Of a DNA stretch of 64,000 nucleotides, positions 1 through 12,559 are shown piece after piece. Within the stretch, counting starts at the first letter, position 1, and every line of letters starts with the position of its first letter. The notes under the pieces were generated by a model. It saw only the letters and a list, made by a program, of their open reading frames with translations, made no database searches and was not told where the DNA came from. Source of the stretch: an uncultured Candidatus Rokubacteria bacterium (lineage in GTDB: Bacteria > Methylomirabilota > Methylomirabilia > Rokubacteriales > CSP1-6); the NCBI GenBank assembly GCA_963758635.1, contig CAVWWD010000007.1, positions 338,946 through 402,945 on the forward strand, given 5' to 3'. Position numbers and translations under genes: made by a program.

Positions 1-409
1 CGAGATAGAAGTACGCCCACTTGGCCCCGTTGCCCGCGTCTTGGCCGTCCTTGATGACCAGCACCAGATCCTCGAAGTTCAGCGAATCCAGGTCGACGAA
101 CCAGTTGCCGGCGTTCGAATTGTCGCCCGTGTTCTGCAGGGCGCCGTTGTTCGAGCCGCTGCCGTCATCATCGCTCTTGTCGATCAGCGTCCACGTGCCG
201 CCGAGCAGCGTGACTATCTCCCCTTCCGAGTCGTTGTTGCTGCCGGCGAGGCCGAGGCCGCAGCTGGTGGTCGTCTTCGCGCCGGTAATGAACGAGTCCG
301 GGTCTGTCGTGTCAACCGTGCACGTGGCGGCCTGGCCGACAGCCGCCCAGCCCAGCATGGCCAGGCTGGCCACGAACCCGAACGTCATGCCCCTTTTCAG
401 CAGTCCCAT
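1..409 (-). CDS. secreted hypothetical protein, N-terminal part (3' end runs off the left window edge)
   Basis: Own minus-strand translation. ATG at 409-407 follows a purine-rich stretch (aaaggggataggagag). The N-terminus MGLLKRGMTFGFVASLAMLGWAAVGQA looks like a signal peptide and is followed by Asp/Gly/Asn-rich sequence. The frame is open to position 1, so it is absent from the ORF track. Confidence 0.5.
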   Translation of the reverse strand, partial: MGLLKRGMTFGFVASLAMLGWAAVGQAATCTVDTTDPDSFITGAKTTTSCGLGLAGSNNDSEGEIVTLLGGTWTLIDKSDDDGSGSNNGALQNTGDNSNAGNWFVDLDSLNFEDLVLVIKDGQDAGNGAKWAYFYL

Positions 410-722
410 CTCTCCTATCCCCTTTTCTTCTTTTCGGTGTGACCGACGCAGGTGGCGTTCTCGGCCCGGCGGGGTGTAGGAGCAGGATGTGTGCCAGGGG
501 TCTCTGCGCGACACATTTCGCAAACTTGTCGGGCAGCGTCGCAGTTCGGTCCGGGGCTCTGTAAAGGTCTTGGAACAGATGGAGGTCGGAACCAACGAAT
601 TGCGGGGCGGTCGATCTGGAAATGTGTTGCCCACTGTGGCGAGACCCGGATCGGAAGAAGGAATCCTTTCTCGCGACGGGTTCGACGCGCTTCGAGGCAC
701 ACATGTGAGGAGGGCTCGATGG

Positions 723-1865
723 CTACAGACTGCGCCAGAGCTGGGCGGACGCCATGCGGGCGCCCTCGGCCATGGCCTTGAGCTTCTCCCACACGATCTC
801 CGGCTCCACCTGGTTGTTGGAGCGCGCGAAGGTGCCGAAGCCGCAGTCGCTGCCCGCGAGCACGCGCTCGCGGCCCACGACCTCCGCGTAGCGCACGATG
901 CGCTGGGCGACCAGCTCGGGATGCTCGATGAAGTTGGTCGTGGAGTCGACGACGCCGGGGATGAGGACCTTGTCCTCGGGGAGCTTGACCTCCTTGAAGA
1001 CCACCCACTCGTGCTCGTGGCGCGGGTTGGCGCCCTCCAGCGAGAGGCCCTGCGGCCGCGCCCGCAGCACGATGCGGACGATCTCGCGGAGCGGGACGTC
1101 GCGGTGGTGGGGGCCCTCGTAGTTCCCCCAGCAGAGGTGAAGCCGCATCCGGTCGGGCGCGATGTCGCGGAGCGCGTGGTTGAGCGCCTCCACGTTGGCC
1201 TCGGCGATCTTGAGCCACTCCTTGGTGGGCATCTCGGCGAAGGCGAGGTGCCGGCCCATGGCGAGGTCGGGGCAGTCCACCTGCAGCGTATAGCCCGACG
1301 CCGCGATGGCGTCGTACTCCTCCTTCATGAGGTCGGCGAGCCGCGCCAGGTACGCCTCGCGCGACGGGTAGTGCTCGTTGCGCAGGAAGTGGGCGATGAC
1401 GCCCGGCGAGGCCGCGGTCATGAACACGTCGGTGGGACGCGCGGCGGCGACGGCGGCGCGGAGATGCGCGATGTCCCGCTCGGGCGCGGCGCGGTCCTTC
1501 CACTCGATGGGGCCGGTGCACGAGGGGCGCGACACCGTGGAGCGGCCGACGCGCGCCGCCGCCGCGGGGAAGTCCCCCCAGTCGGCGCGCTGGGCCACGA
1601 CGCTCGTGCCGTCGAACCCGGTCATCCGGTGGCGGACGTAGGTCGAGTAGCCGACCTTGCCCTGCTCCCCGTCGTTGACCACGTCGACGCCGGCGTCCAC
1701 CTGCTGCTGCACGATCTCGGTGACGGCGCGGCGCACGCGCGCCTCGAACGCCGCGGGATCGGGCGCCGTGCCCGCGTCCAGGGCCTCCAGCGTCGTGGTC
1801 AGGTCGGCCGGGCGCGGCAGGCTGCCGGTGTGGGTCGTGAGGATACGGTCGGTGCTGAGCTTCAT
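723..1865 (-). CDS. cobalamin-independent methionine synthase (MetE C-terminal domain)-like protein
   Basis: Uninterrupted 380-aa ORF. The N-terminus MKLSTDRILTTHTGSLPRP and the length are typical of the MetE_C-like family. Confidence 0.8.
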   Translation of the reverse strand: MKLSTDRILTTHTGSLPRPADLTTTLEALDAGTAPDPAAFEARVRRAVTEIVQQQVDAGVDVVNDGEQGKVGYSTYVRHRMTGFDGTSVVAQRADWGDFPAAAARVGRSTVSRPSCTGPIEWKDRAAPERDIAHLRAAVAAARPTDVFMTAASPGVIAHFLRNEHYPSREAYLARLADLMKEEYDAIAASGYTLQVDCPDLAMGRHLAFAEMPTKEWLKIAEANVEALNHALRDIAPDRMRLHLCWGNYEGPHHRDVPLREIVRIVLRARPQGLSLEGANPRHEHEWVVFKEVKLPEDKVLIPGVVDSTTNFIEHPELVAQRIVRYAEVVGRERVLAGSDCGFGTFARSNNQVEPEIVWEKLKAMAEGARMASAQLWRSL

Positions 1866-1902
1866 GACAGGGTCTCCTTCCGGTCCGCGGGTGGTCCGGG
1901 CG

Positions 1903-3580
1903 TCAGGATGGGGTCGGGTTCGATTCGGCGAGGAAGAGCTCGCGCAGCCTGGCCTTCTGCGCCTTGTCGCCGTGGGGTCCGGGGGTGCGGGGCACGTCGG
2001 CCACGACGCGCACGGCGCGCGGCACCTTGTAGGACGCGATCTTGCCGCGGCAGTGATCGACCAGCTCGGCCTCGGTGGGCGCCTCGCCGGCCCGGGGGAT
2101 CACGTAGGCCACCGCCGCCTCGTTCAGCCGCGGGTCCGGCACGCCGATCACGAAGGCCTGCATGACCTTCGGGTGCGTCATCAGGTAGGCCTCGATCTCC
2201 GCCGGCGACGACCATGAAGTGGCTGATGCGGAGCGCCTCCCGGAGCCGGTTCCGGAAGATCGTGCGGCCATCCGCGTCGCGCCGCCCGAGGTCGCCGGTC
2301 TTGAACCAGCCGTCCTCGGTGAAGGCGGCGGCGGTCTCCTCGGGCTTGTCGTGGTAGCCCGGCGTGACGAGGCGGCCGCGAAACCACATCTCGCCCTCGC
2401 CGCCGGGCTCCACGTCTCGCCCCGTTCCCGGGTCGACCACGCGCACGTCCACGCCCTCCGCGGGCCACACGCCGGAGCGCGCGCGCTCCTCCACGGGCTC
2501 GTCCAGGTGATGGAGCAGGCAGAGCGCGTTCAGCTCGGTCATGCCGTAGGGCTGGTAGGCGTACGGCATCCCGAGGCGGCGCACGACCTCCTCGAAGAGC
2601 CCGTCGCGTCCACCGCCCGTCATGCCGATGCCGCCGGTGCGGAGCGCCGGCCGCGTCCGCCGCGCGAGGTCGGGATGATCGACGACGGCGATGGCCATGG
2701 CGTCCACCGCGTTCCACACGGAGATGCGCTCGCGCTCCATCAGGTGGAGCGCCACGCCCGCCTCGAAGGTGTCCATGAGGACGAGGCAGCCGCCGTGGGC
2801 GAACGTCGTCTGCGGGATGCAGAGGCCGCCCCAGGTGCCGGACAAGGGCAGGGCGTGGAGCACGCGGTCGTCGGGGCTCAGGCGGAGCACGCCGCCCGCG
2901 TGCCAGCCGTGCGGCACCGCGTTCCGGTGGGTCACGATCGCGCCCTTGGGGAACGAGGTGGTACCCGACGTGTAGAGGATCGTGAACGGGTCGTCGGCGC
3001 GGAGGAGGACGCCGGCCCGGACGAGCGCGGCCTCCAGCTCGTCGTCGTCGGCGTCGCGGAGCACGTCGGCCAGGCGGAGGCAGCCCGGATACGGATCGTC
3101 GGCGTCCACGATCACGCGCGCGAGGCGCGGGAAGCCGGCGGCGTCGAGCGCGCCCGGCTCCGCGCGCGCGAGCCCCGGCAGCACCTGGCCCAGCGTCTCG
3201 AGGTAGTCCACGGGGCCGAGGTGATCGGTGAGCAGGAGCGTGGTGGCGTTCGACTGGCGGAGGATGTACGAGAGCTCGTGGGCCTTGTAGCGGGGGTTGA
3301 GCGCGACTACGACCGCGCCGGCCAGCGCGCAGCCGTACTGGGCGAAGAGCCACTCGGGGCGATTCGGCAGCCAGACCGCGACGGTGTCCCCCCGGCCCAC
3401 GCCGAGCCCGATCAGCGCGCGGGCGAACCGCCGCGCCTCGCGCCAGAACGACGCGTAGGTGACGCGGCGGTCGGCGGCGACGATCGCCTCGCGCTCGGGC
3501 CAGCGCGCCGCGGCCACGGCGAGGAGATCCGCCGCCGTCGCGTCGATGAACGGGTTGCCCGTGGCCATGCGCCCGATCAT
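1903..3580 (-). CDS. AMP-dependent acyl-CoA synthetase/ligase, apparent 1-nt frame disruption near 2212
   Basis: ORF 1862..3664 carries LYTSGTTSFPKGA and WFKTGDLGRRDADG. The conserved C-terminus (SPAEIEAYLMTHP...ASYKVPR) lies in the ORF 1903..2271 frame. The junction reads ...RISHFMV|SPAEIE. Confidence 0.8.
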
Positions 3581-3651
3581 ACCCCGGCGTCCGGCCGGCG
3601 CTCGGACGAGGACGCCGGGCACTGGTGTCTGTTTCGGATGGAACCGTCGTT

Positions 3652-3772
3652 CCCTCTCCCCCAAAAAGGGGAGAGGGCAGGGTGAGGGGCGGTCGAACCA
3701 GCATGCGGAACGTCTGGCCGCGAGGTAGTGCCACCGACCCTCACCCCGGCCCTCTCCCTGGAAGGGAGAGGG
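3652..3772. repeat. pair of inverted REP-like palindromic elements
   Basis: Element 1 (3652-3689) is ccctctcccc-caaaaa-ggggagaggg followed by cagggtgagggg. Element 2 (3738-3772) is ccctcaccccgg followed by ccctctccc-tggaa-gggagaggg, which approximates the reverse complement of element 1. Both are intergenic, between the convergently ... divergently placed acyl-CoA synthetase and cca genes. Confidence 0.7.
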
Positions 3773-3846
3773 AGAGACGCGAGCATCGGCGCCTCAAATT
3801 GCGACACCGGACGGGGCGCTTGACCGTCGATGCCGCGCCCGCCACC

Positions 3847-5253
3847 ATGACGACCGTGAGCGAGCTCCGCCTCTGCATTGACGACGAGCGCGTGCTCGGC
3901 ATCGCCGCGGCCGTGCGCGACGCCGGTGGGCGCGCGCTGCTCGTGGGCGGTGTCGTGCGCGACGCCCTCGCGGGGGCGCCTCCGCCGCTCCGCGACGTGG
4001 ACCTGGAGGTCTACGGGATCGACGGCGAGCGGCTCCGGGCCCTCCTCGGCCGGTTCGGCCCCGTGAACGCCGTGGGCGCGGCGTTCACCGTGTACCGCGT
4101 GGGCGACATCGACGTGAGCATCCCGCGGCGCGACTCGAAGACCGGGCGCGGGCACCGCGGCTTCACCGTGACCGGCGATCCGACGATGACGGTGGAGGAA
4201 GCGGCCCACCGGCGGGACTTCACGGTGAACGCGATCCTCGCCGATCCGCTGACCGGCCGGGTGATCGATCCCGTCGGCGGCGTCGCCGACCTCTCCGCGC
4301 GGCGGCTCCGCGTGGTGGACGCGGCCACCTTCGGCGAGGACTCGCTCCGCGTGCTTCGCGCCATGCAGCTCGCCGCCCGCTTCGAGCTGACCCTCGACCC
4401 CGACACGGTGGCGGTCTGCCGGGCCGTCGCCCTCGACGACCTGCCCGCGGAGCGCGTCCAGGGCGAGTTCGACAAGCTGCTGCTGCGCGCGCGCCGGCCG
4501 TCCATCGGGCTTCAGGTGGGGCGCGACCTCGGCGTCATCGACGCTCTGTTCCCCGAGCTGGCCGCGCTCGTGGGATGCGCGCAGGAGCCCGCCTGGCACC
4601 CCGAAGGCGACGTGTGGGTGCACACGCTCCAGGTGGTGGACGTGGCCACCGGCCTGATCGACGACCTCCCGCGCCCGAAGCGGCTCACCGTGATGCTGGG
4701 CGCGCTCTGCCACGACCTCGGCAAGCCCTCGACCACCGAGCTCCGCGAGGGCCGCATCCGGTCATTTGACCACGAGGACGCCGGCGTGGCGCCGACGCGC
4801 GCCGTGCTGGACCGGCTGAACGTCCACACCCTGGACGGCTACGACGTGCGCGGGCAGGTGATCGCGCTGGTGGCCGATCACCTCAAGCCCGGGCAGTTCT
4901 TCCAGGCGCGCGATCGGGTCGGCGACGCCGCGTTCCGGCGCCTCGCCGTGCGCTGCGAGCTGGACCTGCTCTACCGGGTGGCGAAGGCCGACGCGCTGGG
5001 GCGGCGCAAGGAGGGCGCGCCCGCGCCCAGCGCCGAAGCCCAGGAGTGGTTCCTCGATCGGGCGCGGGCGCTCGAGGTCGCTAGCGAGGCGCCGCGCCCG
5101 CTCGTCCTCGGGCGGCATCTCCTCGCGATGGGGCTCTCGCCGGGGCCGCGAATCGGCGAGATCACCCGGAGAGTCTACGAGCTGCAGCTCGACGGCGCCG
5201 TGGCCACCCTCGACGAGGCGCTGGCGGCGGCGAGGCAGCTCGCCGAGAGCTGA
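3847..5253 (+). CDS. cca: CCA-adding enzyme / tRNA nucleotidyltransferase with HD domain
   Basis: Starts at the internal ATG 3847 (MTTVSELRL). Carries LLVGGVVRDAL...DVDLEV (PolyA_pol head) and GALCHDLGKP (HD domain). The upstream part of ORF 3625..5253 runs through the REP elements and was discarded. Confidence 0.75.
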   Translation: MTTVSELRLCIDDERVLGIAAAVRDAGGRALLVGGVVRDALAGAPPPLRDVDLEVYGIDGERLRALLGRFGPVNAVGAAFTVYRVGDIDVSIPRRDSKTGRGHRGFTVTGDPTMTVEEAAHRRDFTVNAILADPLTGRVIDPVGGVADLSARRLRVVDAATFGEDSLRVLRAMQLAARFELTLDPDTVAVCRAVALDDLPAERVQGEFDKLLLRARRPSIGLQVGRDLGVIDALFPELAALVGCAQEPAWHPEGDVWVHTLQVVDVATGLIDDLPRPKRLTVMLGALCHDLGKPSTTELREGRIRSFDHEDAGVAPTRAVLDRLNVHTLDGYDVRGQVIALVADHLKPGQFFQARDRVGDAAFRRLAVRCELDLLYRVAKADALGRRKEGAPAPSAEAQEWFLDRARALEVASEAPRPLVLGRHLLAMGLSPGPRIGEITRRVYELQLDGAVATLDEALAAARQLAES

Positions 5254-5327
5254 TCCCTCGCGGCTGATGTCGCGGTTCGCCCTGCCGGAAGCGCGGCGGG
5301 GCGGCAGCCCGAGTCGGGACGTGTCAT

Positions 5328-5356
5328 ACGTACGATACAGTTTGCAGTACGTACGA
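5328..5356 (+). promoter_or_regulatory. candidate antitoxin operator (direct repeat ACGTACGA x2, 21 bp apart)
   Basis: acgtacga occurs at 5328-5335 and 5349-5356 in a locally AT-richer stretch 35-60 nt upstream of the Phd-like antitoxin start. Each copy contains the palindrome tacgta. Confidence 0.35.
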
Positions 5357-5390
5357 CATGGCGGTAGCGTGATTCGCACGGGAGGCGATC

Positions 5391-5648
5391 ATGACCGATC
5401 CGACCAGGCTCACCGCGTCCAAGCTCCGCCAGAACGTGTACCGGATCCTCGACCAGGTGCTCGACACCGGCGTGGCCGTCGAGATCGAACGTCACGGGCG
5501 CCGGCTCCGCATCGTGCCCGCCACGGCCGGACGCGCTCCAGTCCGGAGCAAGCTGAGCCGGCTCAGAGGCCCGGGCCGCCGCCGCTACTTGCGCTGCGCG
5601 CCGGAGGCTCTCGTGCACATCGACTGGTCCCGCGAATGGCGGCCGTGA
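5391..5648 (+). CDS. Phd/YefM-type type II antitoxin
   Basis: 85 aa starting MTDPTRLTASKLRQNVYRILDQVLDTGVAVEIERHGRRLRIVP, a typical prevent-host-death fold start. It overlaps the downstream PIN gene start by 13 nt. Confidence 0.7.
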   Translation: MTDPTRLTASKLRQNVYRILDQVLDTGVAVEIERHGRRLRIVPATAGRAPVRSKLSRLRGPGRRRYLRCAPEALVHIDWSREWRP

Positions 5649-6026
5649 TCTATCTCGACACGCACGTGGCCGCGTGGCTCTACGACGGGCGGGCCGATCT
5701 CATCCCGTCGAGGGCGCGTGCCCTCATCGAGGCTCGGCCCGTGCTGGCGTCACCGATGGTCGTGCTGGAGCTCGAGTACCTGTTCGAGACCGGCCGCACG
5801 CGGGAGTCCGCCCGTACCGTCCTGCAAGGGCTGGGACGCGACATCGGCCTCCGGTTGTGCGACCTTCCGTTCGCCAACGTCGCCGGGGCGGCGGTGCGCC
5901 AGTCGTGGACCCGCGATCCCTTCGATCGGATCATCGTGGCCCAGGCGGCGGTCCGAGGCGCGCCCCTGATCACGAAGGATGCCGGAGATCCGCGCCCACT
6001 ACCAACGGGCCATCTGGGGGCGCTGA
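5636..6026 (+). CDS. PIN-domain (VapC-like) toxin, apparent 1-nt insertion near 5983
   Basis: Starts MAAVIYLDTHVAAWLY and includes ...DPFDRIIVAQAAVRGAPLITKDA. The conserved tail EIRAHYQRAIWGR-stop is in the +1 frame (stop 6024-6026). The printed frame instead runs on to 6226. Confidence 0.7.
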
Positions 6027-6043
6027 CCCAGGATCCTCGCGCC

Positions 6044-7659
<1,616 letters not shown>

Positions 7660-7663
<4 letters not shown>

Positions 7664-8682
7664 AGGCCCTTCCGGGGATCGAAGGCGTCGCGGATCGCCT
7701 CGCCGACGAAGACGAGGAGCGAGAGCGTGGTGGCGAGCACGAGGAAGCCGGTGAGGCCGATCCACGGGGCCTGCAGATTCGCCTTGCCCTGGGCGAGGAT
7801 CTCGCCGAGCGAGGCGGAGCCGGGGGGCAGCCCGAAGCCCAGGAAGTCGAGCGAGGTGAGCGTGGTGATCGACCCGTTGAGCACGAAGGGCAGGAAGGTG
7901 AGCGTGGCGACCATGGCGTTCGGCAGCACGTGGCGGAACATGATCACGCGGGTGCGCACGCCGAGGGCGCGCGCCGCGCGGACGTAGTCGAAGTTCCGGG
8001 CGCGCAGGAACTCCGCGCGCACGACCGAGACCAGCGCGGTCCAGCTCCACAGGAGCATCAGCCCGAGGAGCCACCAGAACCCCGGCTCCACCAGGCTCGC
8101 CAGGATGATCAGGAGGTAGAGCACGGGCAGCCCCGACCAGATCTCGAGCGCGCGCTGGAAGACCAGGTCGACCCACCCGCCGAAGTAGCCCTGGACGGCG
8201 CCGGCGGCGATGCCGATCACCGACGACGCCACGGTGAGGACCAGCCCGAAGAGCACCGAGATGCGGAACGCGTAGATGAGCCGGGCGAGGAGGTCGCGCG
8301 CCTGGTCGTCGGTGCCGAGCCAGTTCGCGGCCGACGGGCGCCCGGGCGCGGGCACGGTGAGCGCGTAGTTCATCGTGCGGTACGAGTAGCGGATCGGCGG
8401 CCAGAGCATCCAGCCCTTGTCCTCGATCAGCTCGCGCACGAAGGGATCGCGGTAGTCGGCGGGGGTAGGCAGCGCGCCACCGAAGGCCGTCTCCGGATAC
8501 GACACGAGGACGGGAACGAACCAGCGCCTGTCGTGACGGACGAGAATCGGGCGGTCGTTGGCGATGACCTCCGCGCCCAGGCTCACGCCGAAGAACGCGA
8601 GGAAGATCCACAAGGACCACCAGCCGCGGCGGTTCGCGCGGAAGGCGCGGAGGCGGCGCCGGGTGAGGGGGGAGAGCGCCAC
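7660..8682 (-). CDS. yejE: ABC importer permease (YejE-like)
   Basis: Intact 340-aa ORF. It has an N-terminal extension and then a BPD_transp_1-type core (LGTDDQARDLLARLIYAFRISV...). Confidence 0.8.
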
Positions 8683-8685
8683 CGG

Positions 8686-9792
8686 TCAGCCCTCGCGCCG
8701 CTCGAAGTCGATGCGCGGGTCGACGGCGACGTAGGTGAGGTCGCTCAGGATGTTCAGGAGCAAGCCGATCAGCGTGTAGATGTAGAGCGTGCCGAACATC
8801 ACCGGGTAGTCCCGGTTGATCGCCGCCTCGAAGCCGAGCAGCCCCAGGCCGTCGAGCGAGAAGATGACCTCGACGAGGAGCGCCCCGGTGAAGAGGATGC
8901 CGATGAACGCGGCGGGGAAGCCGGCGACCACGATCAGCATGGCGTTCCTGAACACGTGGCCGTAGAGCACCCGGCGCCGCGACAGGCCCTTGGCCCGCGC
9001 GGTCACGACGTACTGCTTGCCGATCTCCTCGAGGAACGAGTTCTTCGTGAGCATGGTGAGCCCGGCGAACCCGCCGGCGAGCAGCGCGGTCACGGGCAGC
9101 GTGATGTGCCAGAGGTAGTCCAGCACGCGCGCCGGCCACGAGAGCGACCGCCAGTCGGGCGACAGGAGCCCGCGGAGCGGGAACCAGTCGAGGAAGCTCC
9201 CGCCCGCGAAGAGCACCACGAGCAGGATGGCGAAGAGGAACCCGGGGATCGCGTAGCCCACGATCACCACCGCGCTCGACCACACGTCGAAGGCCGAGCC
9301 GTCGCGCACGGCCTTGGCGATGCCGAGCGGGATCGACACCAGGTAGACCAGCACGGTGGTCCAGAGCCCGAGCGAGATCGACACCGGCAGCTTCTCGCGC
9401 ACCAGGTCGATCACCGGCCGGTCGCGGAAGAAGCTCTGCCCGAAGTCGAAGAGCGCGTAGCTCTTCAGCATCTTGACGAAGCGCTCCACCGGCGGCCGGT
9501 CGAAGCCGTACATGCGCTCGAGCTGCCGGATCAGCTCCGGGTCCATCCCGCGCGCCCCGCGGTACTGGCTGGCCGGGTCCGAGGCGGTCGCGGCGCGCGG
9601 CGCCTGGGGAGCGTCGCCGCGCGCGCTGCCGCCGATGCGGGACGTGGGGTCGCCGCCCGCGCCCTTGATGCGGGCGATGGTCTGCTCCACCGGCCCGCCG
9701 GGCGCGGCCTGGATGATGACGAAGTTGACCAGCATGATGCCGAAGAGGGTAGGGACGATCAGGACCAGGCGCCGGAGGACGTAGCCGAGCAT
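8686..9792 (-). CDS. yejB: ABC importer permease (YejB-like)
   Basis: Intact 368-aa ORF starting [37 protein letters not shown], with the long periplasmic insert typical of YejB. Confidence 0.8.
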   Translation of the reverse strand: MLGYVLRRLVLIVPTLFGIMLVNFVIIQAAPGGPVEQTIARIKGAGGDPTSRIGGSARGDAPQAPRAATASDPASQYRGARGMDPELIRQLERMYGFDRPPVERFVKMLKSYALFDFGQSFFRDRPVIDLVREKLPVSISLGLWTTVLVYLVSIPLGIAKAVRDGSAFDVWSSAVVIVGYAIPGFLFAILLVVLFAGGSFLDWFPLRGLLSPDWRSLSWPARVLDYLWHITLPVTALLAGGFAGLTMLTKNSFLEEIGKQYVVTARAKGLSRRRVLYGHVFRNAMLIVVAGFPAAFIGILFTGALLVEVIFSLDGLGLLGFEAAINRDYPVMFGTLYIYTLIGLLLNILSDLTYVAVDPRIDFERREG

Positions 9793-9799
9793 CGCGCCC

Positions 9800-11649
9800 C
9801 TACCTCGCCTCTCCCCGCCGGGCGTCGAGCGCCGCCGCCTTGGCCGGGTCGATCCACCAGCCGTCGAAGCCCAGGGAGTAGCGCGGGGTCACCCGCGGCC
9901 GCCCGAAGCGGTCCCAGTAGGCGAGGCGGAAGCCCTGGAAGTGATAGTGGGGGACCGCGTAGTGCCCCCACAGCAGCACCCGGTCCAGCGCGCGCGTCCG
10001 CGCGATCAGGCCCGCTCGGTCCGGCGCGGCGACCACCAGGTCGATGAGCGCGTCCACCACCGGGTCCTTGATGCCGGCGAGGTTGCGGCTGCCGGGCACG
10101 TCCGCCTTCTCCGTCGACCAGAAGTCCCGCTGCTCGTTGCCCGGGGACAGCGACTGCCCCCACACCGTCACCGTCAGGTCGAAGTCGAAATGGTCGAGCC
10201 GGTACTGGTACTGCGCGGCGTCCACCGTGCGGACGCGCGCGGCCACGCCGAGGCGCTCCAGGTTCTTCACGAACGGCAGCGCGATCCGCTCGAACGAGGC
10301 GTCGTCCACGAGGATCTCCAGGCTCATGGGCTCGCCCGTCCGCGCGTTCACCAGGCGCTGGTCCCGCACGACCCAGCCCGCCTCCCGGAGGAGGGCCAGC
10401 GCCTCGATCACCCCCGGGCGGATGAAGCCGGAGCCGTCGGTGGTGGGCGGGCGGTACTCGCGCGTGAACACCTCCTCGGGCACGCGGCCGCGGAAGGGCT
10501 CGAGGACGGCGAGCTCCTCGGGGCTGGGCAGGCCGCGGGAGGCGAGCTCGGAGTTCGAGAAGTAGCTGGCCGTCCGGGTGTAGGCGCCGTAGAAGAGGTG
10601 CGCGTTGCTCCACTCGAAGTCGAACGCGTGGGCGAGGGCGGCGCGCACGCGGCGGTCCTGGAGCACCGGCCGCCGCGTGTTGTAGACGAACCCCTGCATG
10701 CCGGTGGGGATCTCGTGGCGGATCGTCTCCCGGCGGATCAGCCCCTGGCGGAGCGCGGGGCTGTCGTAGCCGCGGGCCCAGGCCTTGGCGGAGTTCTCGT
10801 CGCGGAAGTCGTAGGCCCCGGCCTTGAACGCCTCCAGCGAGACGGTGGAGTCGCGGTAGTAGTCGTAGCGGATCACGTCGAAGTTGAAGCGGCCGACGTT
10901 GACGGGCAGCTTCGCGCCCCAGTAGTCGGGCACGCGCCGGTAGGTGATCGACCGCCCGGGATCGACGGACTCCACCCGGTACGCGCCGCTGCCCAGCGGC
11001 GGCTCGAGCGTGGTGCGGTCGAAGGGCCGGCGGCTCCACGCCGCGCGCGAGAGCACCGGCATCTGGCCGGTGATGAGGGCCAGCTCCCGGTTGTCGCCGG
11101 GGGCGAACGTGAAGCGAACCTTGCGGGGCCCGAGGGCCTCCACCGACGCCACCTTGGCGTAGTACGCGCGGTAGAAGGGATGTCCCTTGGCGCGGAGCGT
11201 CTGGAACGTCCAGACCGCGTCGTCCGCGGTGACCGGGGTCCCGTCGTGGAACCGCGCCTCGGCGCGCAGCGTGTAGGCGACCCAGGAGCGGTCCGCGGGC
11301 AGCTCCACGCTCTCGGCCAGGAGCCCGTACTCGGCGAACGCCTCGTCCGACGAGGCCACCGTGAGGGTCTCGAAGACGCCGCCGATGCCGACGGCGGGCA
11401 CCCCCTTCAGGATGAAGGGATTCAAGTTGTCGAAGGTGCCCGACGGCGGCGAGCTTGACGAGGCCGCCCTTGGGCGCGTCGGGGTTCACGTAGTCGAAGT
11501 GGCGGAACGACGGACCGTACTTCAGGTCGCCGTACATCGACAGCCCGTGGCTGACCGAGGGGGCCGGGGGAGTCTTCTGGGCGAGCGGCGGGGACGGACA
11601 GGAGCGCGGCGAGGGAGAGCGTTGCGACGAGGACTCGTATGGCTCCCAT
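9800..11649 (-). CDS. yejA: extracellular solute-binding protein (YejA-like, family 5), 2 frame disruptions in the N-terminal 70 aa
   Basis: The signal peptide [22 protein letters not shown] is in ORF 11422..11688. [40 protein letters not shown] is in the ORF 9759..11537 frame. The remaining 541 aa are in ORF 9800..11425. Junctions are near 11582 and 11440. Confidence 0.8.
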
Positions 11650-11684
11650 CCCGATCGCTCGAGCGCGGAGGGCGCTGGACCGGC

Positions 11685-11867
11685 TCAAGCCTGGGGCCGG
11701 GGCGGCGCCTTCTTCGCCTCCTCCTTCATGTAGCGCTCCATCGCCTCCATGAGGAGGCCGAGCGCTTCCTTCTCGGTGCGGCCGGTCGCCGTCACGTTCG
11801 GGTAGGCCACCGCCATCGCCTTGAACACGCCGCCCTCCTCCGCGGTCAGCTCGACCTCGAATCTCAT
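11685..11867 (-). CDS. small HicB/UPF0150-like protein
   Basis: 60 aa from the internal ATG 11867: MRFEVELTAEEGGVFKAMAVAYPNVTATGRTEKEALGLLMEAMERYMKEE. This pattern resembles HicB-family antitoxins. No HicA partner was seen. Confidence 0.45.
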   Translation of the reverse strand: MRFEVELTAEEGGVFKAMAVAYPNVTATGRTEKEALGLLMEAMERYMKEEAKKAPPRPQA

Positions 11868-11884
11868 CCGGCCCCCGGTCCGGC

Positions 11885-12346
11885 CTACGGCCGGCTCTTG
11901 GCCTCCTCGATGAGCTTGCCCAGGCGCGAGCCCGAGCGGACCGGCTCGACGAAGAGGATGTGATCGGCGTTGAGGATCAACGTGTCCGGCTCGTCGGCGC
12001 CGCGCTTCGCCAGCGACTCGACGGCCTTGCCCCCCTCTCCCGGCTTGCTCTGGAGCGTGTAGATGTCGGAGAGGACGGGGAAGGCCGAGTCGAGCTTCTC
12101 GAGGCGGCCGACGAACACCTGCCCGCTCGTCAGCGTCACCGCCTGGTAGCGCGTGGTGATCGCCGCGCCACCCGCCGCGGCCTGGGGCGGGCGTGATGGG
12201 CCGGCGAGTATCAGCCCGGCGAGGAGGCCGATCACGATCCCGGCCGCGAGCCCGACCAGGAGGAAGACGTACCGGCGCCGGCGGCGGGCGTACCGATCGC
12301 TCGGCCGCATCCGCCTGGACTGCTCGATCACCGCCTCGGTCGCCAT
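11885..12346 (-). CDS. membrane-anchored hypothetical protein
   Basis: 153 aa with an Arg-rich N-terminus, one TM helix (YVFLLVGLAAGIVIGLLAGLILAG) and a soluble domain. I recognised no family. Confidence 0.5.
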   Translation of the reverse strand: MATEAVIEQSRRMRPSDRYARRRRRYVFLLVGLAAGIVIGLLAGLILAGPSRPPQAAAGGAAITTRYQAVTLTSGQVFVGRLEKLDSAFPVLSDIYTLQSKPGEGGKAVESLAKRGADEPDTLILNADHILFVEPVRSGSRLGKLIEEAKSRP

Positions 12347-12474
12347 GTCGCCTCTCGGGTCGTCTGGACCCGGCGCAGGCGCCTGGTCCGTGCGGCGATC
12401 TTAGCACGCGGCCTTCCGGGCCCTGGCAGGGCGCGGCGGATCCGTCGCGCCCTGGCCGCGCGGCTCGTGAGCCC

Positions 12475-12544
12475 CGCGCATCAGACTCATACCGAGCGGT
12501 GGGACTGTAGAGGCCCGTGGCGGTTACCGTATTCTGCGAGGGTC
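12475..12544 (-). repeat. 70-nt intergenic element, copy A (3' of the MATE gene)
   Basis: 65/70 identical to the reverse complement of 16035-16104. It lies 15 nt after the MATE stop codon. Confidence 0.85.
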
Positions 12545-12559
12545 ATTCGTCGCGGCGGG

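Noticed and set aside
415-2217. Long ORFs 415..1521(-), 489..2165(+) and 1657..2217(+)
   Set aside because: They are Arg/Pro/Gly-rich alternative-frame or antisense shadows of the MetE-like and acyl-CoA synthetase genes, with no recognisable motifs.
3625-3846. N-terminal extension of the cca ORF (542 aa versus 468 aa)
   Set aside because: The extension is translated REP-element DNA (PKRGEGRVRGG…PGPLPGRERERRE). The conserved nucleotidyltransferase sequence starts right after ATG 3847.
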